From: Diretmus argenteus
Lineage: Eukaryota
DNA: 64,000 bases
NCBI GenBank assembly: GCA_048569125.1
Contig: CM109057.1
Coordinates: 35,006,381 to 35,070,380 of the forward strand
Direction of reading: 5' to 3'
Part shown: piece by piece, positions 51,501 through 63,124 of the stretch
Layout: every line of letters starts with the position of its first letter
How positions within the stretch are numbered: position 1 is the first letter of the stretch
The notes under the pieces: generated by a model
The model's input: the letters and a program-made list of their open reading frames with translations, nothing else
Databases searched by the model: none
Told to the model about the DNA's origin: nothing
Program-made: the position numbers and the translations under genes

Positions 51501-54500
51501 GACGGACGCACAACCCCAGCACGGTTTCATAGTAAGCTCGCTTCGCTCCGGCGCCTACGGCGCCTCCGCTGCGTTCGCAAAAAGTATATTAGAATAGCCT
51601 GGGAATATAGGCAATAGTATCAGACCAGGTGGATAATGTCTCGAGTTTTGCACCATTAATCTTGGCTGTAGATCTTTCTAAAAGGCAGATATAGAACAGT
51701 ACAACCCAAATTATTTTCATTACAATAGTTGGTTCAAACCAACTTTTAAGAATGGTCTTTTTTGCAGCCGTAGAGGCTGCAAGGATGATTCGTTTCCGTG
51801 TATGTGGCAATATAACATTTGGGTTATAACCAAAAAGCCAAAAGGCTGGACAAAATGGGAGATGTTTCTCCAGCAAGTCTGAGATTGTTTGAACAACATA
51901 GACCCAAAGAGTTTTTACTGTTACACAATCCCAAAACATATGCATGTAAGTTCCTACTTTGGAGTGGGGGCACCTGTCACAGAGATCGCTACTTGTCAGT
52001 TTCAGTCTAAATCTACGTTCGGGGGTAAAGTAAACTCTATGAGTAAATTTAAAATGTATCAGCTGATGAGCAAGATTTTTGGACGAGGAAAAGACATTAT
52101 TCCAGATCTCAGGCCAATCCAATTCGAAACCAAGCTCATGAAGGTCTCTATCCCAGACCGATGTAACGGGTAGAGGATTAATGCTATGTTTTAATAACCA
52201 GTCATAAAAAGAACTGACGAACCCAGACTTTGAAGCAGCGTAGAGACGTTTTACAAAAGGATGTGAGGCTAAAGGGCGGTCCCACGGTACTCCATACGTT
52301 TTTAAAGCAGTACGAAGTCTGAGATAGAAAAACCAGGAGGAGCCCGGTAGTGAGTAAGACTCCTTAAGGTCCTGGAAGGAACGGAGACCTTGTTGATTAA
52401 AGATGTCACTAAGAACATTTACACCCTGATGAGCCCATTTGGGGAAGTGGAAAGGCATGGAACCAGTTAAAAGGTTGTTATTGTTCCATATGGGGGTCAA
52501 ATCATGAAACTTACAATTACTACATTGTAAATATTTAACTATTTGATACCAAACATTCAGAAAATTTGACATAATAGATCCCATATGTAACCGTGTCGTC
52601 CTGATCTTTGCACCGCAAAATGGCAGATCTTGAAGTCTAAAGGGGTGACATAAAGCATTCTCAAGAGTTCGCCATGGAACACAGGAGGAGGTATCGAGCC
52701 ATACCATCAGCGATCTTAGCTGGAAAGACCAATAATATATTTTAAAATTGGGTAGAGAAAGTCCACCTCGTGTTTTGGGACTTGTTAAGGTGGAAAAGCT
52801 AATTGAGGGACGCTTACCTTTCCAAAGAAAATTTCTACAAATTGCCTCCAAGTCCTTGAAAAATTTGCCGGGAGGTGAAAGTGGGAGCATGGAGAAAAGA
52901 AAATTGATACGAGGGAGAATATTCATTTTAATGACTGAAATACGGCCATGGAGAGTCATGTGTAAGGGAGACCATTTAATTACGTCACTGCTAATTTTTG
53001 CTAATACTGTGGAATAATTATCTTTAACAATAGAGGGTAGGCTGGGACAGATTGTTATTCCCAAATAGGTAAAAGCGTTATACTCCAAAGTAACAGGTAG
53101 TGATGAGGGGGTGATTTTACCAACTGTAGAATTAAGCGGCATTAAGAGGGATTTTGACCAGTTAATTCTATAGCCAGAAAGTGCCCCAAAAGCCTTGAAT
53201 AGACTTAGTACATGAGAGATAGAAATAGTCAAGTTGGACAAATATAGTATAATATCATCAGCGTAAAGAGAAATAGAGTGAGCTGTTCCTTTGATTGATA
53301 TAGGTAATATATGTTGATGTTGTCTAACAGCTTGTGCCAAGGGTTCTAAAGAGAGTACAAAGAGGCCAGGTGAGAGAGGACAGCCCTGTCTGGTGGATCT
53401 ATGTAGTGCAAACTCAGGTGAACCAGGGTGGCCAGTTTGAACGCGTGCCATGGGACTGGCATACAAGGTACGCACCATATTAATAAAAGTGGGACCAAAT
53501 CCAAAATGTTTTAAGACTGCCCATAGGTAGTCCCACTCCACGCGGTCAAAAGCTTTTTCTGCATCAAGAGAGAGGATGGCAGCTGGCTGTTCTAAAGACG
53601 GTGCTGCTTCAATAATATGCAGTAATCGACGAATATTATCAGAAGCCAAGCGGCCTTTAATGAAGCCCGCTTGGTCTGGATGAACCAAGGACGAGATACA
53701 AGTGTCTAGTCGTCTTGATAAGACTTTTGCATATAATTTGAGATCGCAATTTAAGATTGATATGGGCCTATAGCTGGAGCATTCCAACGGGTCTTTACCT
53801 TTTTTTAAAAGAAGAGAAATGAGTGCGATTTTTTGATCCCGATGGAAGCTTCCAACCATAAGTGAGAAATTTAAAGAGTCCAAGATGATTGGACCAACCA
53901 GGTCCCATAGAGCCACAAGAAGCTCTGGTGGAATGCCATCTAAACCTGGTGATTTTGCTCTTGGCATGGAGTCCAAAGCATCTTTTAATTCAGTTAAGGT
54001 AATAGGAGCCTCAAGCTTAGACTTCTGCTCTGCTGAAAGAGTGGGTAGATTTAGAGGGTTTGAAAATGACAATATTGCCGAATTATCTTTATGAGACTCA
54101 GATGTATATAATGTAGAGTAATAAGAGGTAAAAGTTTCATTAATTTGTGAAGGAAGTGTGCATAATTCTCCGTTAGCATTTTTGATCATATCTATAGATG
54201 CTAGTTGTTCAGATTGCTTCAGTCTCCAAGCCAGAAGTTTACTTGGTTTCTCTGCATTTTCATAAATATCTTGACGTGTTCTAAGATGCAGGAACTCAGC
54301 ATTAGCAGTTGTTAGAGATTTTAACTCTGATTTTACTATAGATAATTCTCTGTCGATTCTCAGAAAAAGAAGATTTCTGAAGGGATTCGAGACGGGTTAT
54401 TTCATTCTCCAGAGATATAAATTTACTTTTGCGTTCTCTACTTTGGTGCGAGGAGAAAGAAATACATATACCTCTCATACAACACTTAGTGACTTCCCAC

Positions 54501-57500
54501 AAAGTGTGAGGGTTAATCCCTGATTGTGAATTAAACGCTAAAAACTCTCTCAGTTCGTTGGTGACTTTGTTCAGAAAATCAGTATTCTGCAACAGAAAGA
54601 TGTTGAAACGCCACCTGTCCAGACGCGGTTTCAAATGACATAATGACAGGTGAATGATCGGAGATAACCATTGATAGGATATTCGTATGAGAGATACATT
54701 TTAAAAAGGTTGGAGAGATTAGTATATAGTCTATTCTGGAGAATGAATGATGGCGAGATGAATAAAAGGTGTAATCCTTCGTGGTTGGATTTTGTATACG
54801 CCAGACGTCAACAATATTCAGATCCTGTAAGAATGAATTAAAGTAGGAAGAGCATGCTCTTCTTGCAGAGGAGTCAGGATTAGTTGAATCAATTGAAGGG
54901 TCCGCTAATAGATTAAAATCTATGATGTGTACTGAGTCAGCAAAGTCCAATAATTTCAGCTTGATACCATCAAGGAATACAGAATTAAACACATTAGGTG
55001 CATAAACTGAGGACACACAGATCTTTGTTCCATTGAGGATTAAAGTTGCATAGCAAAACTTTCCCTCCACATCTCCACCTGAGATACCAATCTTAATATT
55101 GAGTTTACTTTTTACAACAATTAATACACCCTTTGATTTATTAGGGGCACAGGAATATGATATAACATTATATATTTTATTTTTAAATCTATTTATATCT
55201 ATCTGTTTCAAATGAGTCTCTTGCAGGAAAGCCAGATCAACATGCTTGAGTTTTAAATATTCAAGGCATTTCAGTCTTTTTACTGGTGAGTTCAAACCTC
55301 TTACATTCAGAGTCATGAAATTAAAGGTAGCCATAAGATGGATATGTGAAAGGATAGTGATAGATTATAGAGATCATATACCATATTTGGATACAGCATG
55401 GACAACAAACAAAACAGAAGACAAATAAAGCAAAATGAAGTAAAAGTAAAAAGTAAACTAAAATAAAAAAATAAAGGGATAAATAAAAGTGTGCAAAGTA
55501 GGCTATGTACCCATAAATAGCTGATTATTAGCTGTGAAGAAGAAACAATAGGAAACCGGTATGCCAGGGGACAGTGTTGAGAAGCCCCTGTGAGAGCACC
55601 GGTAAATGAGAGCATATAAGAGCTCATTGGGCTACTGACACAGCAGGGAGGAGCGATCTACAAACTAATAAAGAGAAAATAAATACATTGTTTACAGTGA
55701 TTTTTTTTTTACTTTATTTATTAACATGCACTAAAGTAAAGTGTTTATTTAAACAGATTTTTAGTTTTTAATTTTGTTCTATTTCCTTCCTCTTCCCAAC
55801 ACACTGCAGTCACACGACCAAACATAATAATATAGAGGGGCAGTAGCCTAATAGAAATAAGTCCGCCTCCTAATGGCTCATTTAGACTGCATAGTAAAAT
55901 AATAGAAAAGAATGAACATATTTTCGTGAAACAAGACAACAGCAATTAGATGACCATTTCCAGAGGAGCGACAGTAAGCAAGTGGAGGACCAGGCTATAA
56001 ATTGTCCAAAAAAAAGAAAGAAAAAGTCATCATGATGATGTTATTCATTCATAAATCGGATTAAACACTGGGAGCTACATATCAAGTCGGTGTTTCTGAG
56101 GATTGTAGCAATGTGATGATCCCAAGTTGAGAGAAAATAGAAGAGGGGTTGTAGGTTTATGTATAGCCTATGCGCTGGACCCACTGTAAGAGCGCGCGTG
56201 CGTACATGTCCGTGACCGTGTGTGGGGTACGTCTGTGAACGTCTATCAGAGTCTGTAAGTGTGTGAGCGATTGTGAATGTCTGTAGGTGTAGGAAGAAGA
56301 AAAACAAGGTTCACCTCACGCAAAAAAATATTCAGACTGTATGTATTTCAACTCACTGCAGCTCAGCCAAGAATTTCTCAGCATCTTCCGGAGTTTCATA
56401 CAGGCATTGCTTGTTGTTATGGGACACCCTCAACTTCGCTGGGTAGATGAGGAAGTGTTGGATGCCTTTCTTACGCATACTGAACATCACTTGGGCGAAA
56501 GCTTTCCTTAGCCTGGAAGTGGAAGGAGAGTAGTCGGCAAATAAGAGTAGCTTGTGGCCATCATGTGAGAGAGAAGATCCAGCTGCTCTGTAGGCGTCCA
56601 TAATAGCTTTCCTGTCAGAGTAGCGGAGAAGTTTGAAGATCAATGTCCGGTTGACGCTCTTACCATCCGATTTTGCAGCAGTATAAATCCGATGTGCTCT
56701 TTCAATCTCCATCTTCCCATGGGATGAAAGACTGGGCAGCCAAACTGGTAGATGACGCTGGAGAAATGCGATGGCATCACCCCCCTCCGCTCCCTCGGGT
56801 AGAAAAGTTAATCTCAAATTAGATCGACGGGTGTAATCTTCCATTTCGGCCAGGCGATCTGTCAGATTTTTGATTTTTTTCTGTGTTGGATCCAATTGTA
56901 TCCCTTTGTTTGCGCACATCAGCCTGGATTAAATCAGTGCGGCTTGATAAAGTTATGACAGACTTGTTGAGAATGACAAGCTCCGCTTCAATCTTGGAAG
57001 TCTTGGATTTCATGCACCCCAAATCTACCTGCATCGCCGTGACTGTTGCGCTGGTGTTACTGACCTCTTTGCGGATATTATCCAGAGACTCCTTAATTTC
57101 TGTGACTGCTGTAGAGATCCCAAGAACAACAGATAAACCAGAAGTGCCATCCGCGGCGGCGGCGGCTGAATCAGCTAGGTGCTGGGATGGATTTGTTTGG
57201 AGAACGCCGTCAAAGGCTGTTTTTGGCTTTTTGTCATCTTGGTAAGAAGCGGGCGACGGAGTAGATGGCTCCATATTATCGTTGTTTCTTTTAGTAGAGT
57301 TAGGCATTAACATGCGTGCCAGATGATTAAATAAAACACTGTAAATAGCGTTGGAAAAGTTTGTAGATCCGAGAGCTGTGCTCCTACACCACCATGCTGC
57401 TCAGTTTACTATTATAACCCAATAAATCAATAAAGCATCTTACCTGTTGGGACTGTGAGTCTCTCCTTACTTTAAAAAGTTATTTACCATGATTTTTAAG

Positions 57501-59317
57501 AAAAACAATTTCAAGAATTTGAATCCTTAACTTTTTTCTTAACATTAACAGAACTTTTTTGGGGGGGAATACAACATTTTCTTAACTTTGTTTCTTAAGT
57601 AAGTATATAAGAAGAAAATAACAATTAAGAAGAAATGTTTTGTGATTTTGGCCCCAGGTGCTGAAAACAGCAATTGTAAAAGCTTTCATGAGCTGTGTAT
57701 GGGATGTATCACTGTTGCGTTAATATGAAAATGTCACGATGATTGATTATGGATAACAGATGCCCAATCAATTGTTGTTTTTTGCAGCACCACGACCGTC
57801 AGACAGAGAAGTTCAGCTACCTGATTCTCAGCCGGACAGAACCAGTAGAGGTGGACAGAGAGGGTCTGGACTGGGGCCGGCTGATAGCGCCGGTCCTGCG
57901 CAGATCCAGGCATGTCCACTGTCAGACGTGCTGCCCCGACGGAGAACTCAGACGGGTGGTGGTGACGGCTAGAAAACACAGCAGGTAAAAAGCTCCTCTC
58001 ACAGGTCACATGTCCTAGATCATCAGCAGGGACGTGGTTGACCGTAAACCTGCCTGAACTCAGTTTATCCACCATAAAATCTGAGTTACTTTTCATTTGT
58101 GGAAGTTCACGCACCGTCTTAAGTTAATATACCTAATTCTATGTTCAGTGTCTAGTTATTTAACTTTTTTGGATCACTTGCTAAGGGGGTAAATTATAAA
58201 TATATGCAGAGAAAACACCTTTTACCAACCTAATTAATATGTGTTTCATACAAACACCACCCTACCTGTTTTGAGCTTAGAATCAGCTACTGTATGTTAA
58301 AGGAATAGTTCACCAAAAAATGATAATTAAGATTTCATCTACTCACCCTCTCGCCGATAAGAGGTGTGGTGTACTTTTTCCGTTCTCAAAACGCTCAACA
58401 GGGGAAACAGTTTTCAGTGGTAGTCCATATAACGGCTGTGGAGGGGGATCAAATGTGAAACCTAAAAAGTATCCCAAAAAAGCCTTCAAAGTACTCCAAA
58501 CTTCTCGTCCGTCACAACCGATATGTCCAGAATGCGCGAGATGCCGAAAAACGGGTGCCATTTTTCGGCAGTGACAACGTGGATATCAAGCTCTAGTCTG
58601 GTCAATATTTAGCCTATAAACATACAAGAAATGCAGTTTATTCACATAATTCTGCAACTTGCGGGTTCCGGACATATCAGTTGTGGCGGACGAGAAGTTT
58701 GGAGTATTTTGAAGGCTTTTTTGGGATACTTTTAGGTTTCGCATTTGATCCCCCTCCACAGCCGTTGTATGGACTACCACTGAAAACGGTTTCCCCTGTC
58801 TAGCGACACGAGTGTTTTGAGAACGGAAAAAGTACACCACACCTCTTATCAGCAAGAGGGTGAGTAGATGAAATCTTAATTATCATTTTTCGGTGAACTA
58901 TTCCTTTAATTTAACACTTTCTCTCTTATACAGTGGATCATTAAGTGCAGAATAATTAAATTACGACAAAGCATTTCAAGTTTAACATCAGGCAAAGACT
59001 AAAGGCTGTATAACACTGTACTTGGGTCATTTCAGACAGTGTCTATGATTTTTTTTATCAGATTGATGTAAGCTGATTGAAAATATTATGGAATCTCTTG
59101 AAATTGACTTAAAATCATGGTAGTGTTTGTGAGTGGTTCGCCTTGAGTTAGCTCCTCACTGGAGTTTGTTGTTGGCCTCATTCTTTACCACTGTTATTGT
59201 GTTGTGCTTCCTCCTATCAGAGATGTGTACCGCTGTGCCCGGAGCAGCGACTGGGGAGATCAGCTGCCGATCATTGAGCAAGAAGAGGCGGACGACATCC
59301 ACAGTGATTCAGAGTGA
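43042..59317 (+). CDS. mettl17: Methyltransferase-like protein 17, mitochondrial (Rsm22-family SAM-dependent methyltransferase), ~461 aa
   Basis: There are 14 coding exons: 43042-43110, 43604-43745, 44791-44940, 45041-45128, 45961-46042, 46290-46363, 46450-46544, 46640-46710, 47900-48007, 48132-48200, 48295-48345, 48447-48539, 57788-57984 and 59221-59317 (stop TGA at 59315-59317). All junctions are GT-AG with consistent phases. Two donors are weak (GAG|GTCTGG and TG|GTTAGT). The translation matches human METTL17 as I recall it along its length: ...[36 protein letters not shown]...[51 protein letters not shown], the SAM-binding motif [77 protein letters not shown]...[33 protein letters not shown], ...[12 protein letters not shown]... 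and [52 protein letters not shown]. Confidence 0.88.
45251..45706 (+). mobile_element. tRNA-derived SINE, second copy of the 12139-12593 family
   Basis: It is roughly 95% identical to the copy at 12139-12593 and has a poly-A/A-rich tail (ccaaaaaaaaagaaaaaa). It lies in METTL17 intron 4. Confidence 0.75.
46905..47509. mobile_element. Non-autonomous DNA transposon (~600 bp) with ~20 bp TIRs and a Myb/SANT-like ORF remnant
   Basis: The left TIR is ggccccaaccacacgagtg (46905). The right TIR is cactagtgtggttggggcc (ending 47509). The internal minus-strand ORF 47091-47297 encodes [35 protein letters not shown], which is Myb/SANT- or MADF-like, as found in Harbinger/PIF-type elements. It lies in METTL17 intron 8. 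Confidence 0.55.
49188..49312. repeat. (GT)n microsatellites (two runs) with a short duplicated flank
   Basis: (gt)n x ~35 at 49188-49258, then gtgcagggtcgcatataatataaagtgacaa repeated with a second (gt)n run. Confidence 0.9.
50196..51407. repeat. GC-rich cassette bounded by 24 bp inverted repeats, with internal ~200 bp tandem duplication and promoter-like motifs
   Basis: The left inverted repeat is gacgcgcgaacgcgggaagcgaa (50196-50218). The right one is ttcgcttcccgcgttcgcgctgtc (51384-51407), its inverted complement. Two tandem G-rich units lie inside, at about 50700-50860 and 50910-51060. The NRF1-type palindrome gcgcatgcgc occurs twice (about 51125 and 51358-51372), and a CCAAT (ggccaatgag) lies at about 51410. 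Confidence 0.4.
51470..57430 (-). mobile_element. L1-clade LINE (~6 kb), degenerate: frameshifted ORF1 and ORF2, antisense in METTL17 intron 12
   Basis: Minus-strand ORFs 56353-56919 and 56819-57313 are the two halves of ORF1p (coiled-coil plus RRM-like), split by a frameshift. ORF 54579-55334 is the APE-type endonuclease ([22 protein letters not shown]...FLQETHL, L1 signature). ORF 54302-54634 is the linker. ORF 51589-54189 is the reverse transcriptase (...[18 protein letters not shown]..., YADDIILYL, i.e. the FADD box) with a C-terminal domain. At least two frameshifts separate the endonuclease and the reverse transcriptase. The 3' end carries a (GACG/GACA)n tetranucleotide tail at 51471-51510. 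Confidence 0.8.
58298..58910. mobile_element. Palindromic MITE or long inverted repeat (arms ~275 bp, loop ~60 bp)
   Basis: 58298-58575 (aaaggaatagttcaccaaaaaatgataattaagatttcatctactcaccctctcgccgataagaggtgtggtgtactttttccgttctc...) is almost exactly the reverse complement of 58635-58910. It lies in the last METTL17 intron, between the exons at 57984 and 59221. Confidence 0.75.
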
Positions 59318-60197
59318 TCAGCCAGAGAGAAGAAACAGATTTATAGTTATTCAGTCAGTCTACTAAGGAATAAACCCTCAAATAGGGAGAAGGATGATCT
59401 ACAAAGTCTCATCAGCTGTCAGCGAACCAGAGCATCTCGTCGTTTCATTTCACTGATCCTTCCCTGTGTGTTGCCTAAATCTAAACAGTTGTCTTTAAAA
59501 TGCTGCTCAAATGTACTTGACAGAGATGAGTTACTGGAATTGGTAAAATATCGACTAACTTGATGACTGTTATCAAGAATACTACAATAAAAAGTCACAA
59601 TTTGTTCTACCGACGTTCATTCAATAAGCAAGTGCCACATACACATTAACCCAGATTTTAATGAGCAAAACCTTCAACAAACCATGAATCTGATGTTTGA
59701 GAAATCTTACATCATATTTCCGTACTTCAAATTCAAACAACCTTGAGAAATAACACCCCACTCCTGATAGAATCCCACAACCCCGGAACACCACCGAGTG
59801 GTAATTTGCTATTATTGCAACTTGTGATTGATGTGATCATGAAGCCAGCATCACCCTGTGGGCCCTCACCGTGGTGGTTGTGCTGATAATGGTCTCAGAT
59901 GATCAAAGATCTCAGGCGTGGAGGACATTGGTAGTAAATAGAAACCAGTTTGTTACAGCATCCAGACCATCCTGGTGGCGTAAAGATGTCCTGTCCAGTG
60001 TAGCACTAGTAGTGCAGATGAAATTATCAGCATCTACCAGTATGAGTCTAGTTACTTAAACTCCTGTTGTGGGACATGGAAGCATCTTGCAAGCAGTCGT
60101 CAGATGTTGCATGTTTCTGAATAATCCTAGCAAATACACAGAAAATAAATCAAAATGACGTTGAAGAAGGGAGTCAGTCAGGTTCTTCTCCGTTCTG

Positions 60198-62723
60198 TTA
60201 ACTCCCAACAATCTCCCTCAGGGCTGAGGTCAGGTCTGGGTACTGGTACTGAAACCCTGACTCTAGAGTCCTCTTGGGCGTTACGTTCTGGCCCTGGGTG
60301 AGGACCACGGCTCTCTCGGAGCCCATCAGCGCGTTCATGACGAAGCCGGGCACAGGAAAGATGGTGGGCCGCCTCAGGACCCGACCCAGTTCTTTAGTGA
60401 ACTCGTAGTTGGTGTTCTGCGCGGGGGCGACTCCGTTGAACACTTGCAGGGAGGGAGCGTCGGCAGAGGGCTCCAGGGCGTGGGCGATGATTCCCGCTAG
60501 GTCCGAGACGTGGATCCAGGGGAACGGCTGTCTTCCTGACCCCAGGGTGCCCCCGAGGCCGAGCCAAAAGGGCAGCAGCATTTGCTTCATGGCACCACCG
60601 TCACGGCCCAGTACTGCCCCTGGTGGAGGGACAGTCAGTTGTCAGTACAGTTAGAGATATCAGGGCTTCAGAAGAAGACATTCGCTTCTAATGTGATTCT
60701 CAAGGTTTCTCTGGTTCATCGTGCCCAAGTGTGTTTATATAAGCACACGCATTACGTTTCCTGACACCCACAGGAAGAAATGTAAGTCTCCGCCAATAAG
60801 GCCTTTCTTTGGCTTTAGTCACTCCCACGTCTTCTCATTTGGGGAATCTTTGTTAGCCGGGACACCAGTGATTAAGGGTAAACCTGATGTAGACGGCAGT
60901 AGATAGGCTATAACACTAAAGACGCCAATATTCTCCTTTAGGTACATTGTGCAATAAGCCGTCGTGTGTGTACGTACCAGCCCTGATGACCACTTGTCTG
61001 GTGGCCTTTGCTTCATCCTCAGGAAGACGTCCTGCAGCCTCCCACTCCTTCACTAGTCCTGACAGGAGGTCAAACGGCGTCCATTCACTGTCTTCTGTAT
61101 ACTGGGCTGTTAGACTGGGCTTGTAGCAAGCTGTGGGTCAGAAGCACATGGTTTGCTCATATAAAGTACACTTCATAGGCTCTTACATTCATCTATCAAC
61201 TCATCTGCCATGCTGAGCACCTAGCAGCATCGCAGGATGTGCAAGTTTAATCCGTTTTAAGGCGTTGACAGACACCAACCACCTACCTACACCCGTTACC
61301 AAGACCCACGAGTGAGGTGGACTGGGAGAAGCAGCGATGGCCTGAGCCAGGGACTTTGTGGTGTCGATGCGACTGGAGAACAAATCCTTCTTGTAACTCT
61401 CGTTCCACCTGAAACAACAAAGAATAAAATAGATTTTAATAAGCGCTGAGAGGAAGTGGTAATCATGCAGGTGCTATCTGTCTTGCTCACCATCTCAGTG
61501 GGTTCATGAGATTCTCTCCAGCCAAGTTGACAGCGCCATCACATGGTGGGAGGCCATTAGACTCCAAGTCCCCCTGCAAGAGGAAGATTGGACATTGGAA
61601 AACAATGGAAATCAGCAACATTTTGGAATTTGTATGTGACACTGGATCTGGAAACACATGGAAACTTAAACCTACAACCTCACTTACAATATAGAGGATA
61701 CAAGGGACTTAATAGACAGACTATGACCTTGCGTACATTATGATTCTGAATCAGTCTGTGACCGTACCCACGTTATCTTTCCGGGACCAGGTTGGCGAGA
61801 GATCACTGTGACCGTGTGACCTTTGTCTTGGAGCAAGCGAGTCAGCTCACGGCCCACAAAGCCAGATCCTCCTCCTTGAAGGCCAAAAACAGAGAGATGC
61901 ACATAAACAACATGAGATCCAGTGATATATTATACAGCATAATCCATGAGTTACCGGCTGTTTCAAGTTTCAAAGTTGTTTATCTGTTACGTCCTTAATA
62001 CAAGTACATTCTTGTGTTTCGGCTCAGCAACAGAAGAATAACAACAATTAATAATAATGATTGCACTAACACTTTCTGCATTCAGCAAGTTGCTTGTCTT
62101 GTCCCCGTGTGAGGTGATTTTGCACTGTGTTGTATTGTGTTGTTGTTCTGTCTGGTGTGTTGTCTTGGTGATGTATTTTGTGATGGATTGAATGTGTTTT
62201 TAATGCCTGGCTGCAACCAAATCTCCCCTAGTGTGGGATAATACATTTGATTTGACTTTTGGTTTGAAAATAGTTTAGAAATAGCAATAAAACGACTTTG
62301 CTGACTTGAATGAGAGAAAAGTTGCTTGTATGGGGTCCTACGTGTTGACTGTGATGGATGTGATTCATGGAAATATGACTTTGAACAAAGTAATCAAAGA
62401 CCAGAAGCTCCTACCGCTGAACAACTTGACAGCTCAGTGCGCATGCGTACAGGACATGCTTACAAAACAGCACAGTTACTACTTGTAACATAACTTACCT
62501 TTGAATAACAATGAAACGGAGTGAAACGATGTTGTTAGCACATAACATGAAACCTTGATGTTATCTATTTATGGCAATCATCAAGAAATAATGCATTCGG
62601 CAAGAAAACACGTAATGGTCATTGGTTTGCTATGCTACAAACAAAGTCACATTGACCTTTCCTGACGTAATAAGTTGAGTGACGTATATCTGATTCAAGG
62701 TGCATACCTATTAAGACTCTCAT
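60198..62723 (-). CDS. sdr39u1: Epimerase family protein SDR39U1 (NAD-dependent epimerase/dehydratase with DUF1731), ~300 aa
   Basis: Six coding exons on the minus strand: 62708-62723 (ATG at 62723; MRVLI + G), 61768-61874, 61491-61573, 61287-61408, 60978-61130 and 60198-60619 (stop at 60198-60200). The donors are GTATGC, GTACGG, GTGAGC, GTAGGT and GTACGT. The translation [41 protein letters not shown] | GDLESNGLPPCDGAVNLAGENLMNPLRWW | NESYKKDLFSSRIDTTKSLAQAIAASPSPPHSWVLVTGV | ACYKPSLTAQYTEDSEWTPFDLLSGLVKEWEAAGRLPEDEAKATRQVVIRAG | GAVLGRDGGAMKQMLLPFWLGLGGTLGSGRQPFPWIHVSDLAGIIAHALE...FQYQYPDLTSALREIVGS matches human SDR39U1 as I recall it (MRVLVGGGTGFIG...GENILNPLRRWNE...WVLVTGVAYYQPSLTAEYDED...[32 protein letters not shown]...). 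Confidence 0.88.
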
Positions 62724-63000
62724 GACCAAATGCCAGTTCAATAACGTAGTAGACGGATCACGTAGTACGTCGCTGCCCTCCTTCTTGATGTGTGATGTCT
62801 ACTGTTCAGTTCCAGAAGCGGCTCGTTATTAACCTTTTTGGACCAATAGGGACGCCGTAGCCAAAGGGATTTCATGTACGTTCTGTTAAAAGGCGGAAAA
62901 AAGATGCCTGGAGTGGGAATAACAGGTGGCGTTCAATCACGGAATAGTTTTAAAAGTATGGGAGATAAAACCCGGCATTTATATATAGTGAGAGTGAAAG
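62724..63000 (-). promoter_or_regulatory. Putative sdr39u1 promoter
   Basis: CRE/ATF-like sites tgacgtaa (62666-62673) and tgacgta lie just inside the first intron and 5' region. The region upstream of the ATG is CG-containing (acgtagtagacggatcacgtagtacgtcgc). There is no TATA box. The transcription start site is undefined. Confidence 0.35.
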
Positions 63001-63089
63001 TATCATATCAACTTGGTACACCAGGGGTTTCCATGTTTTCATGTCTAGGATGATGATCCCGTGTAAATAACAAATAAGACCAAATAACA

Positions 63090-63095
<6 letters not shown>

Positions 63096-63123
<28 letters not shown>
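63096..63123. repeat. (AAT)n microsatellite
   Basis: ataataataataataataataataat. Confidence 0.9.

Positions 63124-63124
<1 letters not shown>

Noticed and set aside
57420-57700. Possible large palindromic element pairing the TTCTTAAGAA-rich segments at 48826-48960 and 57470-57660
   Set aside because: The similarity is limited to short AT-rich CTTAAGAA motifs. This is not enough to call a single element spanning the LINE.
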